A stretch of DNA of 64,000 bases, taken from contig NC_068987.1 of NCBI RefSeq assembly GCF_001194135.2, forward strand, positions 59,839,136 to 59,903,135. Direction: 5' to 3'. This stretch comes from Octopus bimaculoides. Taxonomy: Eukaryota. Below are positions 63,541 to 64,000 of this stretch, one piece after another (the first letter of the stretch is position 1; each line of letters opens with the position of its first letter). The notes beneath the pieces were generated by a model. That model was given only the letters and a program-made list of their open reading frames with translations. It was not told where the DNA came from and did not search any database. A program made the translations under genes and the position numbers.

Positions 63541-64000
63541 TGTCCCATCTCCACATATATATGTATTTCGGGATGGGAATTTTTGGGGCCAAATAAACAC
63601 ATGCACTATATATTTGTTCTTCACTTGCTTATTCTAACTCATGTCCATGGTCTGCAAATCTTTCGTCACATATCTGTGACCTCTTCAACCTGTGTGATCC
63701 ATAGGGATCTTTGATATTAAAATTGTAACCTTCTCAAGCTATGTGTATGTGCATGAATATATTTCTATTTATACATGTGTGTATATGTAGATGGATACAT
63801 ATGTGTATATGGGGACACGCACACATGTGTATATTTGTATATGCGTGGGTACGTATGTGCATATGTATAAATGTGGACGTATGAGTGTGTGTATATATAT
63901 AGGTGTGTATGTATATGTATATATGTGTGTGTATGTGTATATATGTATATATATGTATACATATGTATATACGGGTGCACATGTGTATGTATGTGTATAT

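Noticed and set aside
9546-63982. Numerous YIYI/CVCV/HTHT and X-containing ORFs in the track
   Set aside because: Translations of (AT)n, (GT)n and (ATGT)n repeats and N-gaps.
1-64000. CRISPR arrays, rRNA, intact tRNA genes, operon-like systems, protocadherin/C2H2/reflectin exons
   Set aside because: Looked for and not seen; exons hidden in the N-gaps cannot be excluded.

Overview
Eukaryotic, AT-rich, repeat-saturated genomic DNA with 17 N-gaps (about 4.8 kb), most flanked by (AT)n/(AC)n. The SINE families and microsatellite load match what I remember of Octopus assemblies (inference, not a database result). No host gene is identifiable, and there are no CRISPR arrays, rRNA genes or intact tRNA genes. 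Most long ORFs in the track are microsatellite or gap artefacts. The recognisable coding sequence is all transposon relics: Tigger, Tc1 (x2), mariner DD34D, a TIR-to-TIR DD41D element, hAT, RTE LINEs, R4/Dong-type RLE LINEs and a Penelope GIY-YIG element, plus about 20 SINE copies. Most interesting: (i) a perfect 51-bp inverted repeat enclosing a TSD-punctuated SINE dimer beside an orphan CCHC knuckle frame (59.4-60.3 kb); (ii) three or four Penelope-type hammerhead ribozyme relics and a possible HDV-like ribozyme relic; (iii) a signal-peptide-like exon at 20041 with downstream micro-exons readable in two frames; (iv) several long fold-back hairpins. I cannot support a new multi-gene biological system here; the findings are leads.
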